A stretch of DNA of 63,910 nt, the filler included, from Neoconidiobolus thromboides FSU 785 (taxonomy: Eukaryota > Fungi > Entomophthoromycota): assembly GCA_025603075.1 (NCBI GenBank). It is 6 parts of 6 records of this genome, joined end to end, with 100 filler letters (N's around TTAATTAATTAA, not from the genome) between each part and the next. Parts side by side here need not be neighbours in the genome. Positions count along the whole stretch, not along the records: positions 23,669 to 44,820 come from MU626545.1; positions 44,921 to 56,852 come from MU626638.1; 4 more parts are not named here. One strand, written 5' to 3'. How positions within the stretch are numbered: the first letter of the stretch is position 1; each line of letters begins with the position of its first letter. The position numbers and the translations under genes are program-made. Of this stretch, positions 36,808 through 48,208 are shown piece after piece. Under the pieces are notes generated by a model, which did no database searches, had not been told where the DNA came from, and saw nothing but the letters and a program-made list of their open reading frames with translations.

Positions 36808-38772
36808 CTAATCAAACTTAGGATTAGTTACATCTACACCATCATAATCCTCGGTATACTGATTATCAGTTTTACTTTGAGTAGTATCAGGAGGCAACTT
36901 AGCCAACACATCGGAAGCAGAACTATTATCCTCATGAACGAAATCTGCAACGACATCACCAAGCATATGGACAAATAAATTAGGGAAGAAACCAGGGATA
37001 TCAGGAAAAGCGGACATATCAACAACTCTTAAACTCTTGACACCACGAACTCGGAATCTAGAATCAAGGACAGCGTAAGGATCAGTATCAGCACCCAATT
37101 TGGCAGTACAACATACATGATGACCCCATACTGTTTCAATAATCCATTTTGCTATTTGGGTTCTCGTTTTGATATTACTACCTGGTAATGCTTCTTGGTA
37201 TTTAGTACCTACATTGGTGTTGGTGCGGTTACGTAAAAACAGTATACCATCAATCAAAGCATTCATATCTTCATAACCATTACGATTGAATTTTAATAAA
37301 TTGATATCAGGTATATCATTTGGATTAGAGGATACTAAGTTGACATGGCCCTTGCTTTTGGAACGTGCTTTTAATACTAATTGTGTGAAGTAGTGTAAAT
37401 TATCAACAATATCCTGGGTATAGCCTCGATAATAACCATGGAAAAAGATAGGAATACTGATAAAGAAGGTATCAGGTTCACTTAAACCAGATTTTGAATT
37501 TTTAATTTGGCCACTGAAGCCAGGAGCGTGTAAATAAGGACCAGTTTTAGTTTCTAAATAATTTTTAAAGCATCGATCTTTAGTTGGGTCTGTGATCCAT
37601 GGGCAATCTTTAAATATTTCAAGATTTTGCTTTAAGTCGGTACTGTATGGGATCTCATAACGATCTTGAAGATTTTTACCTACCCCTCTAAGATTAGCAA
37701 TAACTGGGATTTTAAATTTGTTTAGTTGAGTTGCATCTCCAATACCTGAAAGCATAAGTAGTTGTGGAGTCATAAAAGTACCACCAGAAATAATAATTTC
37801 TTTAGTGGCAAAGAATTGATTTGGTACACTTGAATCCCAATTAGATTGTTGATACATTGGTGATGCTTTATAAAGGTATTTACCATGGCGAACATCTACT
37901 CCGATAGCTTTCTTATTTTTATCAAATAAGATTTTAGTAGCAAAAGTATCAGTAAGAATAGTTAATGGGGTAAAAGCTCGAGCCATTTGCATTTGACCAA
38001 GAAAATTCATTCTGGTAAAGTTATTGAGATGGACACCACCTGGGATAGTAAATGTAGATTCTTGGCTAGTACCAAGTTTGCCATTAATATAACCATTGAC
38101 ATCATACTTTGGATTTGGACCTAAAAAGGAGAGAAAATCGATAAGTGATTGATCAATTGGACCAACACGTTCTACTGGGTTGTAAGAAAGAGGTAACCAG
38201 CCATTGAAACCATGGTCATTAGCGTTTCTAAGATCCGTTGGATATTGATTATTTTCTAATGGCTTAAAATATTTGTTTCTAAACGTTGCTTCTTCAAATA
38301 CGGCATTTCCAGTTAAGCTCTTAAGTTGATCAAAATCTTGTTTTTGTGGGTACATTTCAATTTGAGCATGATGTAAAGAACATCCACCTAATCCACCTAC
38401 TCTTGGATAAAATACATTTTGACGGATACCGGTGATTTCTGGATAATGTTTAACAGAGAAATCAAAGGAAATCTTTGGATCTTCAGTTGCACGGAAAGAG
38501 ATACCAGCGGTAGTTATATTATAACTTGCTGGCCCTGGTTCGGGCTCTGGTCCAGCTTCAATCAACAAAGTTTTGTAACCATATTTGGCTAATCTCATAG
38601 CCGCCATACCACCAGCAGATCCTCCTCCTACAACAATGTAGTCATATGTTTTATCGGCGGTTTTATAATCATTCTTTTTATAAAGATAGGAGTCATCGCC
38701 TCCAGTATCTGTGGCGATAGTTGAGCCTGAGAATAAAATAGTAAAGGGGATAATAAAAAGAAAGCCCTTCAT
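36808..38772 (-). CDS. Secreted GMC oxidoreductase
   Basis: Signal peptide; DYIVVGGGSAGG FAD fold; YPRVGGLGGCS; EIIISGGTFMTPQLLMLSGIG; WGHH; LRVVDMSAFP. Intronless. Confidence 0.92.
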   Translation of the reverse strand: MKGFLFIIPFTILFSGSTIATDTGGDDSYLYKKNDYKTADKTYDYIVVGGGSAGGMAAMRLAKYGYKTLLIEAGPEPEPGPASYNITTAGISFRATEDPKISFDFSVKHYPEITGIRQNVFYPRVGGLGGCSLHHAQIEMYPQKQDFDQLKSLTGNAVFEEATFRNKYFKPLENNQYPTDLRNANDHGFNGWLPLSYNPVERVGPIDQSLIDFLSFLGPNPKYDVNGYINGKLGTSQESTFTIPGGVHLNNFTRMNFLGQMQMARAFTPLTILTDTFATKILFDKNKKAIGVDVRHGKYLYKASPMYQQSNWDSSVPNQFFATKEIIISGGTFMTPQLLMLSGIGDATQLNKFKIPVIANLRGVGKNLQDRYEIPYSTDLKQNLEIFKDCPWITDPTKDRCFKNYLETKTGPYLHAPGFSGQIKNSKSGLSEPDTFFISIPIFFHGYYRGYTQDIVDNLHYFTQLVLKARSKSKGHVNLVSSNPNDIPDINLLKFNRNGYEDMNALIDGILFLRNRTNTNVGTKYQEALPGSNIKTRTQIAKWIIETVWGHHVCCTAKLGADTDPYAVLDSRFRVRGVKSLRVVDMSAFPDIPGFFPNLFVHMLGDVVADFVHEDNSSASDVLAKLPPDTTQSKTDNQYTEDYDGVDVTNPKFD

Positions 38773-40516
38773 AACGATTGTATAAATTGATCAGTAAGAA
38801 ATTGATTGAAATAAATAGATAACGAGGATTGTAATGCTTTGTTGTTTTTTTAATAGCAATTTTTGGGTGAAGTGGTAACTTATATACTTTTTCATTTCTT
38901 GGCTGTATGACACCTTACATCCTATATAAATGACATGTCTGGACTTTTTTGATCTTTTACTGCCATTCCGGATTTTAAACTGGATTAGTACAAGTATATC
39001 TTTTAGGAATATAGGATATTTAGCCTTAATGACATTTATTAATATCAATTATGAAAAATAGGAGATTTTAACAAAGAAATGATCAAAGTGATAAAAAGTC
39101 AAATAATAATATTAAAGTAAATGATCATTTTAAATGGGGATAAATTTTGAATAATTAAAAGCTTCATAATTTCAAAACTTCGGGTAATTCAGTTTATATG
39201 TTCAAAGGATGCTTTATTTGTAGCTAAGTTTTCAATTTTTTTATTAGAATATTGTAGTAAAAGCGATATTCCTTCCTAACTTTATAATACTTACTATAAT
39301 TCTCAAAATGTTAATTCAAATATTATCAGCAGTATCATTACTTTGATTTGTGAGGATTATTGATCTTTAGATAAATTTGGTAATAAAAAATAAAATAAAT
39401 CAACTTTATTAATATTAATGTGATTTCCTATTATTACGTATAAAGTTAATTTAAATTTTTTTTATTTAAGTGATTTATTTTCATTTAAAACTTTGATGCA
39501 GAAAAAAGTAAGAAAATAGTGTTATAAACATGACAATTATATTATATAACAAATTTAGGAAAGAAATCATATTAAAAGGTCATGGATAAACAGCAGTAAA
39601 TAAGGTTAAATTCTAAAAAGCAAGGAGCTTAGGATAAATCTTTTAGTTTTAGCACTAGTGGCTAAATGAACAATTATCAAGTGGAAAATCCATATAATTT
39701 GTTTTTATCAAATAACATAAACCTTAAATTAATAATTAACTATTTTTATTTTGAATCGAAATTCAAAAAAATGCCTTTATTATATAAGTTAGTGGGAATA
39801 TTAGTAAAATATGGAAATTAAGCTATTACCCTATACCGCTTCAGACTTTAATTATATCCTTACCTTATTTCCATCGGCTAATAAGCTTTTTAAGCTTTAA
39901 TTTGTGGTTTAAAGCTCTTCTTATTGCATAAATGGATATAAAATATAGTCTGGTTTTTAGATTAATATATCCGTTTAATGATTTTGAACATCGCAATTTG
40001 AGCCATTCTGCTTGAATTATATAATAAGAGAAGTACTCTAATTTATGTGCTATGATATAATATCTGTTACATTCTTCATAGTCTAATATTAATAAGACTA
40101 TTATTTTTGTTTCAAATCTTGTAATTATACCTATGACCTTTTATAAGTAGAATGTTTTAAGGTAGCTAATGTTCTCAAATAAGCATTTATATCAAACCAC
40201 TTATTTTGCGTTTTTTGAATATTGAGTAAATATTGACAAGAAAATATGAATAATAGAATACTTTAATTCATTTAAGTCACTTATTGATAAAAAATTCAAA
40301 TTAAACTTACTTGATATAACAATAACTAGTTTAAATATTCTATATTAGTTTTAGGTAATTAGTATTTAATATTATAATAATTAGCTTTTAGTTTAATCGC
40401 ATTTATGATTATTTTAATTCAACGAAAAATGAATAAAAATTAATTTGATTTATTTGCTATCAATAAATTGTATAAATTATTAATTATAAGCTTTGAAAGG
40501 GAATTTTTAAACAATT

Positions 40517-40624
40517 GAGAATGTTTTTTTTGACTTCGTTATTTTTTCCATTTTTTAAGTGCTATTTGAGCTGGAAAATTTGTTAGTAAAATTCTTAAAT
40601 ACAAAAATACAAAAATACATCCCC
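40517..40624 (-). mobile_element. MITE copy with small internal duplication
   Basis: TSD AATT/AATT; duplicated AAAATAC unit. Confidence 0.9.
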
Positions 40625-40854
40625 AATTAATTAAAATAGTTCAAATTTATAAATTATTGTATTTTCAAAATAAAAAACTTTAGACTAGAAACTACACCTT
40701 ATTGCTAGCTTTTCTAAATAATAATATAAAAGTACTGTGTAGTGCTTTTTAGTGGGATATAATAATTTATAAAGCTTAAAAATGCTTGTATATTAATCAC
40801 ATAACTCTTATGCTTTTAGACTAATAAAACAATTTATTAAACTTTAATATTCAA

Positions 40855-40946
40855 GGGTGCTTTCTTTGGTTTCATCACTTTTTCCTTTTTTCAGGTGTTA
40901 TTGAGGGGGGAAGAAGTTAGTGAATTTCTTAAACAAAAGACATTCC
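40855..40946 (-). mobile_element. Degenerate MITE copy
   Basis: GGGTGCTTTCTTTGGTTTCATCACTTTTTCC...GTTAGTGAATTTCTTAAACAAAAGACATTCC. Confidence 0.65.
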
Positions 40947-42208
40947 ATTGTCACCAAGTAATCAAATTGGTGACGGCTTCATAGTTTCCACTCTTTTTCA
41001 CTCTTGGGTTGGGTTGTATAATTTAGAGTCTGACTCTATGAAATTAAACCTACTCAAGTCTAAAACAGACGAAACCCAGTTGATTGATTTCCAAGTTATT
41101 TTTTAGGTCCTTTCTTTTATTCGACTAGCTCCTAATTCATCTAAAAAAAGGCATCCTCATTTGACAGTTCTTTTAGTGTCTTGTTTGCACAATCTGAAGA
41201 TTTTTAATAAATTATTATACAAGGTTTCATATAAGATATAAATCAATACTTTACTTATAACTCAAACCTAAATTTCATAAAAAATTTAAATATTCAACCA
41301 AGTAGAAATTTTAATAATTGATAGTTCCTGTAAAATGAATAAAGAGTTCGCTATATTATGGATAAATTACTATTTAGCCAGTATAAATTTATTTCATTTA
41401 AAACATGATAAAACATTTTACAAATTTGTATACTATATACTATAACAAAAATAAAGTTAATAGATCGAATTTAAAATGTGACAAAAATGTTAACTCGTTT
41501 ATATAACATTTTATCGTAGTGTTAGATACATCTTTTTAATAAGAAGTTTGATCAGAATAAACTGTTTGAATATAAATAAAGTGACTATGAGTTTAAGCCG
41601 ATACCAAGATACTCCATGAAAGGAGTTACTCAGTATAGCTTACTAATCATTTTATAGATAGCCAGCTACTAGGTAAGTTTAGAAGAATGCATGAAGAGGT
41701 AAGGAAGTAGGTCAAGCTATTCAAGTAACAACTATCTTTGTAATGTAAAATAATGTTTTAAAATTGAGATGGTTTTTATTTTGAATTAGTAAAAAGCTTA
41801 TTATTTTATAGATTAGTATACAGACAAAAACAATCTTAGTATAAGTATAAAATTAGAATATAAAGATTTGATAATTTTAATGTAAATATACTTTTCTAAA
41901 TCTAAGCTGCGAATTTCAATATCATTATAGATAGGAATAAAATGCTAAAACCTTTTCTTTTATTTTCGGTTAATCTTTACAAGATTAGTAAACTTGATTT
42001 GTTATATATTAACATAAGTAACATAATATTTATAATACATTAAGTATTCCACATTAATTACTCTAAAATTAATATTGAAATTGAATTTATTAATGCTTTA
42101 ACAATTAACATATATTAATTACGTAAAAATTCTATAATAACTAGTATCATTAAATATCTTTATTATAACAAATCAATTGTCAAAGTAGAGCACTATGGTT
42201 AGTATATA

Positions 42209-42970
42209 TTAAACACATTGAATTGCATCACCTGCATTTTTACATGTTAATGCTGGATTACAAGACTCAATAAATCTTTGTTTATGAACACATGAAACAT
42301 ATTGCTTATCAGAGATACACTTCTTGTAAATACCAGCTCCACATTCATCAGTTGGTTTATCGTATGAAGCGTCTTTTGAGGTACCCTTTGGTATATCTTT
42401 TGGTGTATGGCTTGGTTTATGTGATTTTTGTGACTTTGGGCTTTCTTCTTCTTCTTCTTCTTCTTCAAAACCATTTCCATCTTCATCTTCTGATTTTACT
42501 GGCTTCTCAGGCTTAGATTCGGAGGTTTCAGCTCCAGGCTCAGTACGCATACCAGGTAATTCAGCATCGCCACTAGTAATTACACCAGCGCATTTACCAG
42601 CATCGGTAGATTCCCAAGTTACATCAACATGGCCAGTAGTTTCACCATCTGATAGTTGTGAAAATGCTACAGTATTCATATCCAAACCTTGTCCACCAAT
42701 ATCAACAGCAACAATATATAATACAAGACCATTTTGTTTTGAGGTTACTTTTAAGCAGGTACCACATTGAGATTTGTCTAAACCTTGTACTGCAGTAACT
42801 CTATCAAGGTTCATTTGAGATGCTGGAATACCACAAGCTACTTGGGATGTTTCAAGAATGGATCTTTGTTCTTGGTATGGATGGGTACTGATTGGGCCAG
42901 AACCAGATAAAGCTGTAATATTGCTCATCAATGCAGAAAATGCGATTAGAAATAAGGTTGGTTTCATCAT
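42209..42970 (-). CDS. Second secreted expansin-like DPBB + 6-Cys protein (paralogue of 23797-24528)
   Basis: Same architecture with an acidic poly-Glu linker; core identical to the first copy at the DNA level. Confidence 0.82.
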   Translation of the reverse strand: MMKPTLFLIAFSALMSNITALSGSGPISTHPYQEQRSILETSQVACGIPASQMNLDRVTAVQGLDKSQCGTCLKVTSKQNGLVLYIVAVDIGGQGLDMNTVAFSQLSDGETTGHVDVTWESTDAGKCAGVITSGDAELPGMRTEPGAETSESKPEKPVKSEDEDGNGFEEEEEEEESPKSQKSHKPSHTPKDIPKGTSKDASYDKPTDECGAGIYKKCISDKQYVSCVHKQRFIESCNPALTCKNAGDAIQCV

Positions 42971-43468
42971 TTTAGTTAGTTGGGTTTGATGTATGTTATA
43001 AAAAATTAATTAATGATAATCAATAGTATTACTTCCAGAGTAATAAATTTTATTTTAAAATAATATTATATAAGTTGAATGCTTCTTTTTTCTTATATAT
43101 ACGTCTCTTTGTAACTTTTCTATGGCTTTGGTATCTTGGCAATTTCTTGTTATGTAATTAATTATATTTTTACAATTACCTTGTTTGATCAAATTTGCAT
43201 TAAATTGTGACCCATCCTTGGAATTAAATTTATTATATATATTGAATTTCAGTCAATAGGTAAATGTTACAGCTATTTGATCAGTCTTAAATATAATTAT
43301 TTACTAAATAAGCCATCGAAAAGTTATAACTTTTATTTTCAATAGAGTAAATAATAACCTAATGAATAAGAGCTCTAGGTGATATGATGCAATTAATTTA
43401 ATTCTAAACTTCGAACAATAATAAATTAAGATGAACTTAAAACTAAAAATTGGCTTACTAATCCATAT

Positions 43469-44480
43469 GGGGATGTCCAAATTGGTTTCATTTTTTTATC
43501 CATTTCGAAAAATTTATATTTTAAAACTTTGCTTAAAATCTATAAATTCTTCCATTAAAAAGCAAGTACTCATACTCGACACAATTTTAAATTATTTTAT
43601 TATAATTTACGCTATAACTTAGCAAAACTTATACTAAATTTAATAGAAGCTCTTGAATTAGCAAGGCTTTTACTAATATAACCTATATATTGATATTAAT
43701 TAAAGCTATAATATTGTAAATAAATAGATGCTCCTATAAAACTTAAGAAATATTTATTATTGATTACTTTATAGCCAACATTGCAGATTTGCTATCAAAT
43801 AAATAAATTATTTTAGTCCTATAATTGCATTATTGTTTGTTGTATTGTTAAGTTAATAAACAGCTGCATGAAAAAGAGTGTTTAACTCCAAAGCTATAAT
43901 TACTTATCCGTATGTAATACAAGCAATATAATAATAGTTTTTACTTATCATAACTCCTTGCTATCTGACTATTTATTAACTTAGCTATTAATAATTCAAA
44001 TAATAGAAATATTTCACAATTGATTTCTATTATTTAACAAGCTGCTTACTAGTTTAATAAATATTGAAACTTCTAATTTTTCTGTTGCTTTTCTTATTTT
44101 GGATATACTGGGTAATAATATAGTTTGTTATTATGTTCAATAAAATATAGATACTTTTTAAAAACTATATTTATTTTATTATTATTATTAAGTCATTAAT
44201 TCTATTATATTTATAAAAAATCTTGGATTTTAAAATCAATTAATTAATATCTTCTATTTTACTTAATGCTTTAAAGCTATTTTTCTACTACAAAAGATTT
44301 TTAAACTGTTTGTTAATTATATTTTCTCTATAATACTTGATAAAAAAAACTAAGATCAATATCTAAACTATTATTTTATAGATTTTTTTAAACATGTAAT
44401 GTAAAAACTCTTGAGATTTAACAGTTTCTTGTATCTATCTATATATTAATTTTTATAAACTTTTTAAATAAAAGCCTTTT
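43469..44480 (-). mobile_element. Decayed copy of the Sola-like element (right end plus 3' half of transposase)
   Basis: Starts ATAT-GGGGATGTCCAAATTGGTTTCA; aligns as reverse complement to ~58845-59928. Confidence 0.85.
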
Positions 44481-44509
44481 AGGCATGTGCAATACCACTT
44501 TGTTAGCTC

Positions 44510-44820
44510 TGTGAAATCTGGTACTCAGGGTTTGGAGTCAAGAACAGCTATTTCTGGGTTGACTACACTATAAGTCGAAAGGTCTTAGCTTATGTGACTA
44601 AGATAGACTTGGATTATGAGGAATAGCACGTAATAGGTTACAAGCTATATAAGACAAATAGAATGGACAATACTGATGTAAAATCTACATAAAATACTAT
44701 TAAGAAAACTTAGTGGCTTTATTAAATGTTCGAGATATCAGGTAATAATTCAGTTAAAAAGCCTCGAGCTATTGTGTTTTAGAATCTCCTTTATACTCCG
44801 ATAAGTATAAATATCAAAAC
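44510..44820 (-). mobile_element. Partial LTR-like repeat (cut by gap)
   Basis: TGTGAAATCTGG terminus; reverse complement of ~55545-55857. Confidence 0.75.
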
Positions 44821-44920
44821 NNNNNNNNNNNNNNNNNNNNNNNNNNNNNNNNNNNNNNNNNNNNTTAATTAATTAANNNNNNNNNNNNNNNNNNNNNNNN
44901 NNNNNNNNNNNNNNNNNNNN

Positions 44921-45276
44921 AATTATAGTTTTGGGGCTGACCACTCCCTCCCATGCAGCTATTTATTAACTTGGCAATATATTAATAATGTAATTATAAC
45001 ATTAAAATAGTTTATTTATTTGATAATAAATCTACAATGTTGGTTATAAAGCAGTTGATAATAAATATTTCTCAATAAAGTTTTATAAGAATATATATTT
45101 AAGATCTAGTGGAAATTCAACTAAATTATAGTATAAACTATAATAGAATGATTTAGAACTGTGTCCGGGTATTTTTATTTTAATAAAGATTTGATTTTAT
45201 AGAATTTTAAGCGAAGTTTTTAAAATACAAAATTTTTCAAAAAGGATAAAATAATAAAACTAATTCAGACAACCCC
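44921..45276 (+). mobile_element. Right end of the Sola-like element (cut by gap)
   Basis: Closely matches 59571-59928; ends AATTCAGACAACCCC followed by ATAT. Confidence 0.88.
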
Positions 45277-45970
45277 ATATGTAAAATCAAAAATCAAAAA
45301 TCAAAAATTGATTCTCTTTGTAAAAGTAATTTAATTCATGATTGAAGTCAAAAATACACTATTACCATAAAAGCTGTATCTCAAAACATATCAACTTGTC
45401 CTTAATAAACTCACTTCTTTATAGACAGAGAAGTCATTTGGGCGAGATAAGAGGGTTGGAGTGGCGCACTTTGTAAGGGAGTATTAGGCTTTTTGTAGCA
45501 GTCTCCTAAAGCATAATTTATTATTCAAAGCTAAATTATTTTAAATTATTATAAAATAGCTGAATTTTATAAATTGATTGCTATAACTTAAATATTTTAA
45601 AATATGGAGCAAAAGTAATAGAGTATTCGTATACAAGTCACTATTGAATTCTTACATAAAAAGTAACAATACATATTAAAACAGCGACTTGGTTTTATAT
45701 ATATATATATTTATAATTTTTGGAATTCAAAAAGCACTACTAGATAGAAAATATCGTTTTAACCAACTGTCAGTTATTTTGATTTTAATAACATTTTACA
45801 AATATTTTTATAGATGATTTTTCATTTTATTTATCAACAATAATCCAAAAAATTCACTATCTACATTTCCAAGCTAAAGCATAAAATTCATTATAAAAAG
45901 TTATTTATTATTATGGATCGTGCTAAACAAAAATGTCGAATATCTTTAAGCTTAAACTTTTATTAAAAAA

Positions 45971-46663
45971 TTAATGATAAGGGGTAGCATTGTTGTAGCC
46001 ATTAAAGTTAGTACCAGCACCAATAATGCCAACTCCGGTAGATGAACCATAGTTATTAGAAGTCCCAACAGATCCGGCTCCGTTGGAAATGACTCCTATA
46101 GCATTACCTGAATTAGCACCAGAGTATAGTCCAAGAGATTGACCATAACTAGTTCCAGATCCGGTGACACCAGATGAGTTTAAGTAATTACCTTGAGAGG
46201 CTTGGAAGCTAGTGGAACCTCCAAAACCGGCATTACCTATGGTAACACCTGAGGTAGATCCAGTACCAAAAGAACTAGCATTAGAACCGTAACCATTAGT
46301 ACTTCCACTTCCAAAGTTAGATCCTACATTGACGAACCCAAAATTACCAGTGGCGCCAGAGATAGCATTGCTTCCTGATGAAAAAGCATTGCTATATTGA
46401 TTAGCAGTACCACTTGCTACATTCGAGCTAGCACCGAAGGAAGCATATGGCCCTGAAGCAATGCCTGCTGTAGTCCCAAAGTTTGAAGTAGAACCACTTC
46501 CAGCTGCTGAACCGAAAGACGAACTTACAGAAGCACTTCCGCCATTGGTAACGGCCCCAATAGCGCCTGAGCCGCTAACTTGAGATAGTGAATTATTTGG
46601 TACTGGAACGGCGAGAATGGAAGCTAAAGTTAAAGCAAGCATGAAAGGAGCGGATTTTACCAT
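45971..46663 (-). CDS. Secreted Gly/Ser/Asn-rich low-complexity protein
   Basis: Signal peptide; the mature part has no D/E/K/R and no Cys; GC is elevated relative to the flanks. Confidence 0.8.
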   Translation of the reverse strand: MVKSAPFMLALTLASILAVPVPNNSLSQVSGSGAIGAVTNGGSASVSSSFGSAAGSGSTSNFGTTAGIASGPYASFGASSNVASGTANQYSNAFSSGSNAISGATGNFGFVNVGSNFGSGSTNGYGSNASSFGTGSTSGVTIGNAGFGGSTSFQASQGNYLNSSGVTGSGTSYGQSLGLYSGANSGNAIGVISNGAGSVGTSNNYGSSTGVGIIGAGTNFNGYNNATPYH

Positions 46664-48111
46664 TTTATGGATTAGTATATGTTAATAAATTAATACGTTG
46701 ATGATGATTATTTGAATTTTTTTATTAATTTATGTACTATTATCAATGTTTTTATAGTATTAATTTTAATATCTAGATTCTAGTTTTTAGTTTAAGGCAA
46801 ACACTGGTAAAAACATACCCCTAGTTAATTTATACTTAAACAAATGTTAAAGCCTTTAAAATACAGCTGTTGCAACTCTTTTGTGGCTTTTTTAGCAGTA
46901 ATTCTTGTTATTAAATTATCTAAATATATAATTTTGATAGCCTAATTCTCATATTTTAGCTATATTTTTTTAACCAAATAAGCAGTTAATTAAGTCATAA
47001 AAAAGTTATAACAACCGTAAATGTAAGTTTTAAATATTAGCTGAAATTGACTTTTGGATTTGGATTTTTGTAGTAATTTTAAACCGTTTTAAAAAAAATT
47101 TAAAATTTAAAACCCAATTATTAGAATAGCTAAATTAAATACATAAAAGGAAATAGATTAATGATTTTGTAAACCGTTTTTATTATCATTATGGCTCTAT
47201 TTAACTTTATTAATTGTGATTTTATTTTATGTTATTTAGATTTCTTTAAATGAACTCTTTTACATTATATGAGCTAGTGCTTCTTAGGTAAGCTTTTAAG
47301 TTGTAATGTTTTGTATTCGAGCCTTTGGTTTTTCTCAAAATTTAAAACTGAGCTTGAGGGATACAAATTCGCTTTTACCTTTATAGTATAAACTTCCTTA
47401 ATAATCTTACTTTTAGTATTTCTTCTAATTTATACTAATGAATTGAGGTGCTAAAGTACAACAAATTCGGATCTGAAGAATAGTGTGGAATTACATGCAG
47501 ATTTGATGTGTATTAAGCTTATTTGTATGGACTATTTTCTTAATAATCTAGAATAAGAGCCCATGTATGAAAATTACATGGGTTTTAAAAACATGATAGC
47601 TGGATTTTTATGAAAAAGTTGAAGGAGACTAAATAGCAAAAGTAGTTTCTATTAGCTCAACTATCAATTATTCTGCATATAGAATAGTCAATATAAAACT
47701 GTAAACGTTACCTTAAGTCCGTCCATTTGAGAATAGATTGGTATATTATGAAGCGCATATAAAATGCTGATACATAGGAGTATGATAATTTACCAAAAAC
47801 AAAAACGGTGTATTTTGTGTAACATTTAACTATCCAAGTACAACTTAGATTTAAAATGTTATGAATGGAACGCCAACAAGTGGATTTGAGGATGCTGAGG
47901 ACTAAATCTAAGCAATGTTTAAATTCAAATAAAAAATTAATCTATAAAAAATCAACGAAACATTTCCATGCCACTTGTTTATCATGTACTTACATATGCA
48001 ATCTGATATTCTAAAAAAGCTGTTTTCTGACAAATATAATGGCATTGCTTTCTTAAGGTTATTATCGCATGATTGTCCTTTGTTTAAATATACCTTCATT
48101 ACTTAATATAT

Positions 48112-48208
48112 GGGAGTGTTTTTTTGACTTCATTATTTTTTCCATTTTTAAGCGCTATTTGAGCGGAAAAATTATTAGTAAAATTCTTAAACACAAAAAT
48201 ACATCCCC
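48112..48208 (-). mobile_element. ~99-bp MITE copy (closest to consensus)
   Basis: TSD ATAT/ATAT. Confidence 0.93.

Noticed and set aside
45971-46663. FG-repeat nucleoporin
   Set aside because: It has a signal peptide, no structured anchor domain and irregular FG spacing.
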